DNA from: a virus
IMG/VR virus record: IMGVR_UViG_3300028590_000009
Coordinates: 1 to 64,000 of that record
Strand: one strand, 5' to 3'
DNA length: 64,000 bases
Positions 47,285-58,690 of the stretch are shown piece after piece. Below the pieces are notes generated by a model. That model was not told the DNA's origin, did not search any database, and saw only the letters and a program-made list of their open reading frames with translations. Each line of letters begins with the position of its first letter. The first letter of the stretch is position 1. Both the position numbers and the translations under genes were made by a program.

Positions 47285-50200
47285 GTGAGCAGGGCTGAGG
47301 AGATCGCGGTGGTGGCGTTGGTGTTGGCGCAGCGTGATCCGTGTCGTTGTGAGCCGTGGGTGTTCACTGCGGAGGCGACACGGATTGTGGATGCGCGGCG
47401 GGATGGGCAGTCGTGAACGACGTGTGCGATTCCTGCGGCGTCTATCTGCTGCATGGCGGTTTTTGCGGTACGTGCGTGTGTATCGAGCGTGCGCGGTTGG
47501 AGGTGAATGCGCTGGCGTGGGTGGCTGGCGTGGATTCGCTGGTATGTCTCGAAGCGATGCTGACCGCGTTGGATGCGGTGAATGCGCGGGTTGCTCGGCT
47601 GGAATTGCGGGATGCGTGAATTCCGAGGTTGACATTCGGGGGATAGTCGTTTCATGAAGGTATCGACTATCGCCGAATGGGTTGAATACTCGGCTGAAGA
47701 AGATGAACCGCGCGCGGAAGCTATCGGCGAATTAGCTGATGAAGTCCGTGCACGGTTCGGAGTGGGTCGACATTCGCGGGTCGACCTTTCCTGCGAGGTC
47801 GAATGGGAGTATTCGTCTTGCGATTGCTGCGCGGACTCCGAAGTGTGGTGGGTCATCGAATGTGGCGAGGAGAAGCGTCGCATCTCGACCGGCTATGGCG
47901 AGGCTGTCGACGGCTATCGCGCATGGCTGGACGAACCCCGCCGTATCCGTGAACGCGAGGAGGCGAAAGCGGCCCGCGACCTGGAGTGTAAGCGGAATGA
48001 TGAGGCGTTCACGGGTCGTATCGTGGGCGCTTTCACTACCGCCGTCGCCGATGTCGAAGCCACTGGATATAGCGATACCGGTGAATGGCATGACTTGATG
48101 ATGGATCGGCTCGGTGTGGGCGGGCATCGGTATCGGGAGTGAATTCGCCGAAATTCTGAGGTTGACGGGGTTGGGAGAATTGAAGCATGCCGAAAGAATT
48201 GAGTCCGACCGAAATCCTCGCACTGCCGATGCAATCCAATGACGCTGATGCGGCGACCATTCGCGACTATCTCGTGAAGCTGCTCACCCTCGTCTGGGCG
48301 CACGGTGAAGGATTCAACGGCAAACGGCCATTCGGCAACAGCAGTTGGGACTGTGAACTGTATGAAGCGCTCGGCCGTGGAGGTGCGATCAACGTCGTAT
48401 TCGATGGTGACGGATTCCTCGAAGATTGGGATGACGTCCTCGGCGACAAACTGATTGCCGACGCAATCCGAGCGCTCGGAACGCCCGTGTGATGGGCGAC
48501 GAGGAAGTGTCCGCGTGGATCATTACCCGCTTCCCGCACGCACTCGCATGGCAGGTCGATCGCGGCACCGACATCATCCGCGCGCGCCTCGAAGGTGCGC
48601 CAGTGGCTTGGATGCTCGGCACTCTCAAACCCCGAGACGCTGACCTCCTGCGCGGCATCGTCAACACCTACTTCCAGGAGCATGGCAATGAATGAGTTGA
48701 AGCCAGCGCGCACAGTCGAATTCGCGCCCGACAACACCATCATCATCGACGGCGAACCGTTGCCATGGAAGGTCACCACAGACGGGTGGGGCGTCTACTT
48801 CTATCCGAGCCCCTTCGCCGGCGCGCCCAGGACTCTGACGTTCGCCGTGCTGGCGGACAACGTCACCATCGGCGCGAACGACATCACGGTCATCGACGGC
48901 CATGAAGTCCCCTGGCTGCTCGTTGAACCGCCATACGTCACCGTGTCGAAGCTCGCGCCCTATGCGGTGCAGTTGAAGGTTCGCGTCGACACCAGCACCG
49001 ACGAAGCGGCCGATCTGGACGGCGACGGCGACCTGTCAGCCGAGGTGATCGCGGCATGACCAGCCCTGATCAACTGCAAGCCGAGATGGCATGGAATACA
49101 TGGCGGCTGCGTAACGGGTCCGCGGATGTAGTCCACGATCGGGCCGTGTTCCTCGCAGGCTGGGACGCGGCACGCAGGAAGCCGGTAGCGGGGGCGGTGG
49201 AGGACGAATGATCCTCGCGTTCTGGATCGCGCTGGCGGCAGTCGTCGTTTACGTCGCATCAATGGTGTTTGCGGGCCTGTTCCTGGACACAGGCGGCGAA
49301 GCTCTCATCCACGTCGCACGCCTGGCCCGAATCGTCGCTATCGCAGCAGGGCTCGTGTTCGTCATCCTGTTCGGCCTCCACGCGCTCGGGGTCTCGATCG
49401 AAATCGGCAAGGAGTGAGGCGCGCATGAACGACAACTTCGGCGGTGACTTCATTGCCGCACTGCTGGTCATCTTCGGCTCACTCGCTGTATTCGGCGGTC
49501 TGTGGTGGCTGATCGTCGTAATCGTCCAGGCGGTGCACGCATGACCGACGACCCCGCGCGCACTCGACGCAAGCAGTGGATCCGCGACCTCGACAACCCC
49601 GACCCGACCACACGCGCTGATGCCGCACAAGCACTCGGACAGTGGGTCGAGACAGGGGAATGGCCGAATACGGGAGGCGACAATGAGTGAGACTGTGGAC
49701 GACATCGACGCGTTGATCGAGGCAGCGTTGAAACGTGGCGAGTGCGGGCCTGGTCGTGAAATGTGCCCGAACCGTTTCTGTTCCGAACCCTGGCATGGCC
49801 TCGCGATCACTGCCCGCATGCGGCAGATGCGTGCCCGCGGACACGTCGACGACGACTACCGCTACAACACCGACACCTCCACCGTGCTCTGTCCAGGCAG
49901 CATGTTCGAGGGGGAGTATGCGGCGCCCGAACACGCGCCTGATGCTGTCGACGGTTGGGATAGCGCGGCGAATATGGAAGCGCTGCGGTTGATTCAGGCG
50001 ATGCCGCGCGAGATTGTCGACCTGCTGTTCGCGGGGCTCGGAGACGTGCTCGCAGAGATAGGTGAACCACCGACGTTGACCACCGTCCGTCAGTGGCGGG
50101 CGGGCGACACCGAAACCCCGCCGCATTACATCGAACCGCACGCGCAAGGAGAAGCGGCATGAACGCCGAGGAGATACGTCGCAAGGCTATCGAGCGTCTT

Positions 50201-53200
50201 GCGCGCGCCCAGTTCACCATCGACGAGACCGAATACGGCACGCCTGCCATGCCTGCGCGGGAATGGGACGACGTTCCTCGGGTGCATGAGCGCTATCGGG
50301 GCGACGCCGCGCCTCTGGTCGATGCACTCGGGGAGCTACTCCGCACCGAGCCTGACGCCTACGTGGTGCTGTCCAAACGCAAGGACGGCGACGAACGGTG
50401 GCCGTTCAGCGGGCCGTGGGACGAGGAAGCCACCGTGTTCGTCGACTACGACACTGCTGGCGACCTGATGGTCAATTGGGAAGTCGATCGGATCGAGTCG
50501 GGTCGGAATCCTGACATTTTCATGCTCGGCGAAGTTCGATTCGAGCAGACGCCGCTTAATGCGGAGTGGTTGCAGGCCATTCGCGACGAACGGCAGACGA
50601 AGTGAACGCCGATGACATCCGCGCCGACGTGGTCGAAGTCCTCGCCGAAAGCCTGTTCACGATATGGGCGGCAGGGCGTGGCATCGAGGGATATATCTGG
50701 GCTGATTGCGAGGAGGCGATGCGGCGCGACTTCCTCGACCATGCCGAAATCCATGCCGACGCTCTCGCTGCTGCCGGATATCTGGTCGTCGCGCAGGAAG
50801 GCCGCTACATCGGGCGGGGCATGGCACGCCGAACCCGCTACGTCACCGGCTGGATCGAGCCCGAGACCGGTTCAGCGTTGACAACAGGATCCATGCGCGT
50901 CACCCGCGTGAAACTCACGGCCGAGCAGGTCGCGGAACGGCGCAAGTATGCCGAAAGTATCGGCGAACGTTCAGGAAATGGCCCGATTCCGTGCGGTGCG
51001 GAGAACGGCAATAAACCGAACGTTGAGGAGCCGTCCTGATGGCCCGTTCCGAATACATCTACCTCGTTCACGAACTCGACATGTGCGGCAACCGTCTCGT
51101 TGCCGGGTTCACGGTGAAACGCGAACTCGTGGAATGGCTGCGAGGAAACAGGAGCCGCAAACTTCAGGCCATGCGCGTCCGCGACATCGGCAACAGCGCG
51201 TGGGCCGCCCTCGATCCCACCGAAATCGACATCCAGGAGCTACTGAAATGACCGAGCCCGTCAAGATCGACCGCAAACACGTCCACCTCCTCGTCGGCGA
51301 CATGGCGATAGGTGAAAGCGGATCCATCGGTATCGAACACATCTACATCGACGCCGACATGAACGTGTGGCTCGCATCCGATGCGCCACTCGACACCCAG
51401 TTCGACGCGGGAGTTGTTCGGCAAGAAGACGGCTGGCACCTGGTCATCGAGACAGGGCAGCGACTGGCCCGCAACGACGACCTCGGATTCCAGTCCATCA
51501 CACCCGTCGTCGCCGTGCATGTCGCCGAGCCGAAGCCGAGGGTTGCCGCATGAGCCTGAAGAAGATCGAAGAGTACGAAACCCGCGTCAGCACGAAGTAT
51601 TTCGATGTCGCTGGCATAGGCATGAACCTCGGTGACCTGCGCGCCATCGTCGCCGCTTGCGAAGGCTTGGACGACAGTGCAGACATCCACGTTTCCGGGC
51701 TCACCAAGACGAGTGAAGACGGCCAGTACTGGCTCGACAAGATGCGCGTACGGATGCTGCGGAACGTCGATGACCCTGCCTGAGTTGATCGCGGAAGCCT
51801 GGGCGACCGACCGCGACCTGTACGAAGTCCTCGTGGAACACGGGCTTGCGCCGATCCCGCCGCGCGGATGGCAGTTCGGGCCAGGACCGGACGCGTTACG
51901 GATACCCGTCGCCCTGTTCGCGAACCTGCACGACCACCTCGACTACTACGGCATCACCGAAATAGGGGACTGACATGGCATCGAAGAAGAAGCTGCGGAA
52001 GCGGATCCGCGAAATGGAAGCGCAACGCGACCTGTGGCGCAACGCCGTCGAAGGCCGCGACCGGAAATACAACGAACTGCGCGACAACGGGCGCTACCTC
52101 GCCGTATTCCTCACCGATCGTGTACTCAACCCGGGATGCCTCGACGGATCACCCATCGAAGCGACCGAACTCCGTGTGCGCGTGGATGCGCTGGAGAAGC
52201 TGACCAGTGATGGTGCATGGTCGTTGCAGCAGCTGTTGGAGTTGCGGAGCAAGTTGGTTGTCGACCGTTTCAGGGAGTTCATCGAGATCGCCGAAGCTGC
52301 CGAAACGAAGCTCGATCCGGCCGAGGGCGAAGACCGCGATTGGGTGGATGACCTGCCAGACGAGGCACCGGAACTCGCCAAGGTTGCCGCCAAATCGCCT
52401 CGATACACGCGCGCGCGAGAAGCCTTGTCGCCTGCCGCTGTCGCATGGATCGACACCTATTCCATCGACCCGAAAGCCGAGGCGGCATGAGCGCGGGCGC
52501 CGTTCCGGTCAAGTGGGTCATGTGCTGGGACTGTCAAGGCGACGAAGGCGAAGTAGTCGACGGGAACTGGATCGACTGCGAATGCTGCCAAGGCGAAGGC
52601 GGACACCCGCTCTACGTGGACTGGTCCTGCACCTGCGAACCACGCGACGACGAGAAGGAGGCGGCATGAGCTACGACGACGAAGACGAGCAGGAATCCGC
52701 ACGCGAGGCCAGTCTCCAGCGCGCACTGGACGAGCCGATGCCGGACGATCTCAAGTCCGCGATTGCAGACCTGATCGAACCGCACACGATGAACATGTAC
52801 CTCGATCACGGGGACACGATGACGTGCATCGAGGTCGCGTTCCCTGTCATTCGGGAGTGGCTGCGGGAACACGGGGAGATCGCGGCATGACCGCCACCTG
52901 CTGGTGTGGTCGACCATCTCACAACGACCTGCTCGACGGCTGTGTCGGTGACGGATTCCTGCAGGCCATGTTCGCGCCGCCCGACTTCAACACGATGATC
53001 AAAACCATGATCCTCATGTACGGGGATCTACTCGCGATGGCTGCCGATGGTGACGAGCAGGCCGCGCAGTTCATCAGGGAGAACCCGTTGCCGAAACCGA
53101 GTGTTGAGCAGGACCGAGCGATGCTGCGACTGGCCGGCATGGACGTGACAGCGGACGACGTGCGGTCGATGCGGGCGCATTACGGCGGCAGTGAGGTGGC

Positions 53201-53503
53201 GGCGTGAGCAGGACAACCTTCACCCTGTACGCGCGCCGTGACGACCGCGGCATCGAGCAGTTCTATGCCGCCCTCTATCGCGTATTTCAGGCGGCCGATA
53301 CGGAACGGCCTGGACTGGTCTGGCATCCGCAGGAGTTCGGCGTGAACGCCAAATGCTACGAGGTCGAATGCGAGGGATTCGACGTCGACGTACAGCAGTT
53401 GATGAACGACATCGAATGGGACTGGCCGAAATCAGTCACTGTGTTCGCGCCGATCACGCACATCGAAATGTATCGACCGACAGCAGGCAAGGAAGCGGCA
53501 TGA
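47285..53503 (+). CDS. run of about 22 small, mostly coupled hypothetical genes
   Basis: Examples: 47654-48142, 48187-48492, 48489-48695, 48688-49059, 49208-49417 (TM), 49425-49544 (TM), 49683-50162, 50159-50605, 50602-51039, 51039-51251, 51248-51553, 51550-51783, 51770-51973, 51975-52490, 52487-52669, 52666-52890, 52887-53207, 53204-53503. Confidence 0.65.
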
Positions 53504-54006
53504 GGCAAACCAAGCTGCAAGCAGGGCTCGACCGGGATGAGGCCATCGCCAAGAAGGCGCAGGGTGTCGAACATGCGCACGGCGACGAACCCGAAGCCTG
53601 CGAGAGCGAGCGATGCGCGCACGATCGGAACATCGAGCCGTCGCGCGCGCTGAAGATCTTCGCAGCGTTGCGCAAGGTGCTGGACGAGCATCGCGAAAAG
53701 AACGGCTACTGCGACACCTGCCGCCACTACGACTACGCATACAGCTACGACCCTGTCCCATACCCGTGCCCGACCGTGCAAGCCCTCGAAAGCATCTACA
53801 CCGACGACCCCGAACCGCGCTACTACACAGTCCACGTCACCTGGTCCGAAGAGGACAGCGAACACGTCGGCACCTGCCCCGCCTTCCCGTCACTGTCCTA
53901 CCTCGCGCCAGGGTATTTCGACGCACTCCAAGGCATACATCAGCTGGTGCAAAACGTGATCGCGGACATGAACAGCCGTGGCGAACCATTGCCCGAGGAG
54001 AAGTGA
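53500..54006 (+). CDS. hypothetical Cys-rich N-domain fused to HicB-like antitoxin domain
   Basis: C-terminal YTVHVTWSEEDSEHVGTCPAFPSLSYLA...AL.GI..LV...IADM...GEPLP. Confidence 0.75.
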   Translation: MRQTKLQAGLDRDEAIAKKAQGVEHAHGDEPEACESERCAHDRNIEPSRALKIFAALRKVLDEHREKNGYCDTCRHYDYAYSYDPVPYPCPTVQALESIYTDDPEPRYYTVHVTWSEEDSEHVGTCPAFPSLSYLAPGYFDALQGIHQLVQNVIADMNSRGEPLPEEK

Positions 54007-54012
54007 GACGAC

Positions 54013-54515
54013 ATGGATGAATACGTGATCGGCCCGCGTTTCGGCCCCGACGACTGCGGCATGATCCCCGACACGCCTGAATACCGGGATCACGTGCAGG
54101 CGTTGGAGTTGGCGTGGGACCACGAAGCACGCCCGGACTGGCAGGTCACCGTTGGCAACACGGAGGCGGCGTGAGCGACTTCCCACTGATGCGCCGCCCG
54201 CTCGGCAGCGACTGGCACGACACCTTCGACGCACCCACCGTCACCGTCAACAGTTGGTGCACGAACACGACCGTCGCGACAGGCAGCCTGCCGAGCGAGA
54301 TCAAATGGACCAACCCGCACATCACCTTCGACAGCGTGCGGTTCCAGCTCTACGGGCTCGACGGACGCACCTACACGCTCACGGGTCGGCACCTTCAGCC
54401 TGGCGATCGTCTGGACCTCGAACCCGCGGACGATGGTTACGTGTTGACCGTGACGCGCGGGGATGAGACGTTCACGCATCAGCTACGGCCAGACGAGCAG
54501 GATGAAGCGGCGTGA
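54013..54515 (+). CDS. two small hypothetical proteins
   Basis: 54013-54174 and 54171-54515, both ending EAA*. Confidence 0.6.
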
Positions 54516-54704
54516 GGCTGCGATGCCTGATCGGCTGGCATCAATGGCGGTCCATCATGCACATCTACCCGCCCGGCCTCTACGCCCACGAGCGCGAGGC
54601 AGGCTGGTTCGAGCAGCGATGCAGGCGTTGCGACGCGCCATGGAGGCCACGGCGCGAATTCCCGATCGAGATCCGTGAGCCGTGAATACCCGCCAGGAGT
54701 GAAC

Positions 54705-55091
54705 ATGTCGCAGCCCGCCGATATCCTGCCCATGCGCCGCATCCTCGTCTCGGGTTCGCGTGACTGGACCGACGTCGACCGTGTCCGCAACGCCCTCCGG
54801 CACGCCTGGGCATACCTCCAGCCCGGACCCATCACGCTCGTGCACGGTGCAGCCCGCGGACTCGACACCATCGCCGGACGCGTCTGGACCGGAGGCAACC
54901 TGCCGGTCGAAGTCCATCCCGCCGACTGGAACAAGCACGGGAAAGGCGCCGGCCCGATCCGCAATCAAGCCATGGTCGACCTGGGCGCCGATTTGCTGGT
55001 TGCGTTCCCGCTCGGGGCTTCCATCGGCACCCGAGACTGTATCCGGCGCGCGAAGGCCGCAGGGATCATCGTGTGGGAAGTGGAAGGCTGA
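54705..55091 (+). CDS. SLOG/YspA (DUF2493-like) protein
   Basis: ILVSGSRDW, VHGAARGLD, HPADW..HGK.AGPIRN..M, AFP...GT..C...A..AGI. Confidence 0.88.
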   Translation: MSQPADILPMRRILVSGSRDWTDVDRVRNALRHAWAYLQPGPITLVHGAARGLDTIAGRVWTGGNLPVEVHPADWNKHGKGAGPIRNQAMVDLGADLLVAFPLGASIGTRDCIRRAKAAGIIVWEVEG

Positions 55092-55216
55092 CTACTCGGA
55101 CGGCCGCTTCGCCCGCTGATAGTTGCCATCCACCCGCTCGAAACAAGGCGCGCACATCATCTTGTCCGCCTCGCGCACGGGCCGTTCACCGCACAGGCTG
55201 CATAGCTTCGGTTCGC

Positions 55217-55726
55217 TCACCAACCGATCCTACGACTCGTCTGAAACGCCTCCCGCGACGACCAACCCTCCAACTCCACCACACGAGCAAGTAGCCGGCG
55301 CGTCAACCGCAACCACTCCGCGACATCATCATCCGCCAGGCCATCCAACACCAGGGCGCGCACGATCTCGTCATACACAGGGACCGCGGCCTCATAAACG
55401 TCGCAGCCGGTCGGAGTCAACACGGCCTCTTTCGTGCGCCCATCCCAACGGCCCGCTATCCGACGCACCAAACCGCGCCGCTCCAAACCGTCAACACGGT
55501 GGGATAGTCGCGACCGTGACGAATCGACACCTGCTGCCAGCGCGGACATGGTGAGCCGATGTCGTGGCTGATCCGCCAACTCGTCCAAGATCCTGAATTC
55601 GATGTGTGTCAGGGAGCATTCGTGCCGTAGACCCGCGTCGACCGCATACCCGAGGTGCGCGGTGAGGGACACGAAACTCGTCCAGGCTTGTTGCCGCGGA
55701 TTACTGGCAGGAGTGTATTCGAGCAT
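55217..55726 (-). CDS. MarR-family transcriptional regulator
   Basis: LTHIEFRIL..L, MSALA...SRSRLSHRVDGLERRGLVRR...DGR...AVLT..G. Confidence 0.9.
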   Translation of the reverse strand: MLEYTPASNPRQQAWTSFVSLTAHLGYAVDAGLRHECSLTHIEFRILDELADQPRHRLTMSALAAGVDSSRSRLSHRVDGLERRGLVRRIAGRWDGRTKEAVLTPTGCDVYEAAVPVYDEIVRALVLDGLADDDVAEWLRLTRRLLARVVELEGWSSREAFQTSRRIGW

Positions 55727-55813
55727 CGCGCCACCCTCATCGGTTCGTTCCTGCCTCCACTGTCGCAACTCGACGACGTACGCGCAGCAAATTCGGGGAA
55801 ACCGGATGATGCA

Positions 55814-56089
55814 TCATGAGATCGAGACCGGGCGCGACTTCTCACAATGGCAATGCTCATCCAACGGCGGCGTGTACACGACCTTCCCGCAATCACACTG
55901 ATGCGTTCGATGACCGATGCGACCAGGCGCGACACACGGCACCCAACCAGCTGTCACCTGACGATTCGCCAGGATATGACCATCAGGGCAGCGGACAGGT
56001 TTCGGCTCGACCCAGTTCCCCTCGCCCAGGCGCACGAGCTGCCGGGGATCCTCGACTCGCCTGCCCTGGACCACGTAATGCTGCCGCAT
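55814..56089 (-). CDS. small Cys/His-rich hypothetical protein
   Basis: CPDGH...GW.PC...GHRTH.C.C..VYTP; leaderless promoter geometry upstream. Confidence 0.7.
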   Translation of the reverse strand: MRQHYVVQGRRVEDPRQLVRLGEGNWVEPKPVRCPDGHILANRQVTAGWVPCVAPGRIGHRTHQCDCGKVVYTPPLDEHCHCEKSRPVSIS

Positions 56090-56118
56090 CCGACCATCCT
56101 GACATCGAGGGGTGACAA
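56090..56118 (-). promoter_or_regulatory. PafBC/RecA-NDp-like promoter
   Basis: Minus strand tTGTCAC-N10-CAGGAT-N6-ATG. Confidence 0.5.
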
Positions 56119-56172
56119 GGCGGCTACAGTCAGTTGGTCAATGAGCGATCGGCGACGGTTACCCCAAACGCG

Positions 56173-56209
56173 ACAGTGCCCCGAACCATCGCACGGTTCG
56201 GGGCACTGT
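56173..56209. terminator. hairpin terminator
   Basis: ACAGTGCCCCGAACC/GGTTCGGGGCACTGT 15-bp stem. Confidence 0.7.
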
Positions 56210-56219
56210 TGTAGGTCGA

Positions 56220-58092
56220 TCAATCCGCGGACTGCACATGTCGAGCTGCCGCGATCATCGCCGCAGCCTGCCGCAACGCGAGCTTCGGACTCGCGGGATT
56301 GCCGACACCCAATGATGCGACTCGTCCATGCTCGTCCAGTTTCACTGTCGCGAACTTGTCCACCTCGCTCACGGGCCACCTCGGGTCGCCAAAGTCGTCT
56401 GTAGCCGCCGTGGGCAACTCCACGATCGCGTGCCGCCCTCGCGGCGCGACCAGGAAAACGTTCATCACCGCGTCGGCTTGCCGTCGGTCGTTGTCGTTCA
56501 CCCGCGCGGTCACGCCACGACGCGACGCAGCCAACACCTTCGCGAGCGCTTCCCGAATGCCTTCATCCATCTCGCTTTTCCTGCTCTCGCTCATTCTTCG
56601 GCTTCCGCTTGTATTCCATCCCCGACGGGATCGGCTGTGCAGCATTCGACTCCCGTTGAGCCTGCCGACGACGCCACGCGGACAAATCGGGGCGTTCGGC
56701 ACCGGTCGCATCCCGACGCTGCAACAGTCGCTCCTTGCGCTGCTCATCCGTCGGCTCCACCCACTGATGCCATCCCACCTCGGGATGCCACAACTGCACA
56801 TGCCTCTCGCGATCCTCGCCGCACCAATGGCAGCCGTTCGGGTTGATCGGAGGTTGCAGGCGTGCCATCAGGCATCCTCGGCGAGCTTCAAGAACGCATT
56901 GACTGCGGAACGAAGCTCGCGCGCAGTATCAACGCCGCTACGGGCCGCGAACTTGTCACCCGCATCCCGCACTGCGAACACCGCCCGCCGAACGGTCTGC
57001 GTTCTGCGATACTCCACCACCTGCGGGTCATCCCACGGGGCCAACTCGACACCACGCGCCCACGAGCCAGCACTAGGCCGCCGATGCAGCCAAACCGCCT
57101 CACCATGCGTCCAGGTGCGACTGACATTGAACTTCTCGACACGGTCATTCACGGTGACCGTGACATCGCGTTTACCGATGCGGGTCACAGTCGCGGGATA
57201 AACGGATTCACGCCCGCTCTCGCCCGACACGTGAGCAACCTGCGCCCCCTCGGTGAGCCATTCGAGGCCGGTCGATTCGGTCATGATGCTTACTCCTTCG
57301 GATGGATGGGTTGGGGGTGGTGGCTGTCGCACACGGGGACATCGTCGGCCCCTCTGCACGCCGTTGGGCAGGGCGCCAGCCACCACGAGTCAGGGACGGA
57401 TCGGGTGTGCAGCCCGGAAGCGTCGCCAACGCCGCACGGCCACACTGTGGCATTCGTCGTCGTCGCTTCGGCACGCGCAGGTGGGGCGGAAACGGCCGAG
57501 GACGCGACGCCCGTCGAGCAGGGCCATCGCCTTGCAGAGACGGGTGGGGCCGATCGACGTCAGGTCTGAATCGACCGCGTAGTAGTAGGTTTCGCCGTCG
57601 AAATCCCACCGCATGATGTGGATGCAGCGGTCGTTGAAGTAGGAGTAGCGGGTCTCGATGACGCGCTCGGTGGTGTCGGCGGTGGCGATCATCGGGACTC
57701 CTTGGGTTTAGAGATGCAGGGGAAGGTCAGGCGCCGACGAGGTGGGCGGTGCGGTTGTAGGCAGCGAACCCGGCCTTGAGGGCGGGATCGGCGGGGGAGT
57801 AGGCGAACACGCGGGTCGGGTGGCCGTTGCGTGCGGTCCACACCTGTACGGGGGCGGCACCGGTGAGGGCGATGAATGCGGCCTTGACCTTCTTGCCAGC
57901 GTGGGAGGCGTAGCGGCGCAGCAGGTCTTCGTCGGCGCCGAGCTGGCCGAGTGCGGTGGTGATGGTGACGAGGGTTCCGGTGCCGAGGAAGCGGGTGGTG
58001 GCTGCGACGAGGGCGTGTTGGATGCGTCGACGCAGGGCCTTGGCGTTGGCGCGGCGGGTGGCGGTGCTGGCGCGGTAGGTGCTGCGGATCAT
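56220..58092 (-). CDS. leftward operon of five hypothetical proteins
   Basis: 57727-58092, 57390-57692, 56868-57284, 56563-56868, 56220-56594; SD-like AGGAG before several. Confidence 0.6.
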
Positions 58093-58185
58093 CGGGGGCT
58101 CCTTCGGTAGCGGCTGATGTCTTCGACTGTACACTCAGTTTACGAACTGCACAATATGCTAGGTCATAAACTATGGCGGACCTGC

Positions 58186-58464
58186 TCACCCCTCGTCATC
58201 GGGCCGCCCCAACGCCGTCAGAATGTCGCCCAACAGGATCGGCAACGCCGGATCATGCAGGGTTCGCCCCGACCTCACGTCACGCTGCACGAACTCGACA
58301 CCCTTGCGATGCGCGTTGATGAGCATGGCGAGCACTTTGGCGCTCTGGTTGTACAAATCCGCCTTCGACAAGCCTGTTTGTGCCGCCAACTCGTTCATGT
58401 ACTGCATGGTGAAGGCGGTCTGAGTGAACGTGAGCCGGCGATCCGCGGGCTTACCGTCGCTCAT
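58186..58464 (-). CDS. ribbon-helix-helix-like small regulator
   Basis: RRLTFTQT...MNELAAQTGLSKADL pattern. Confidence 0.5.
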   Translation of the reverse strand: MSDGKPADRRLTFTQTAFTMQYMNELAAQTGLSKADLYNQSAKVLAMLINAHRKGVEFVQRDVRSGRTLHDPALPILLGDILTALGRPDDEG

Positions 58465-58690
58465 GTCGGCCCGGTCGAGCTGGGGGATCGGTCGGGGTTC
58501 ACGGGGGCTCCTCGGGTCGGCGTCGGGACCGCTCGAATGTACGCTCAGTTGACACGCTAGACAAGAGTGCAGGCCATGAACCGGATCGGTTACGAATCCG
58601 TGACTGATCGAGTATTGTCTACATCGCACACTTCAGTTTAGGCTGTGAACACAAACCGGCTGGCACCGGAAATCGACCCCTGGAGGACAC

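Noticed and set aside
58533-58548. SOS box TCGAATGTACGCTCAG
   Set aside because: Four mismatches to TCGAAC-N4-GTTCGA; better explained by the local 18-bp direct repeat.
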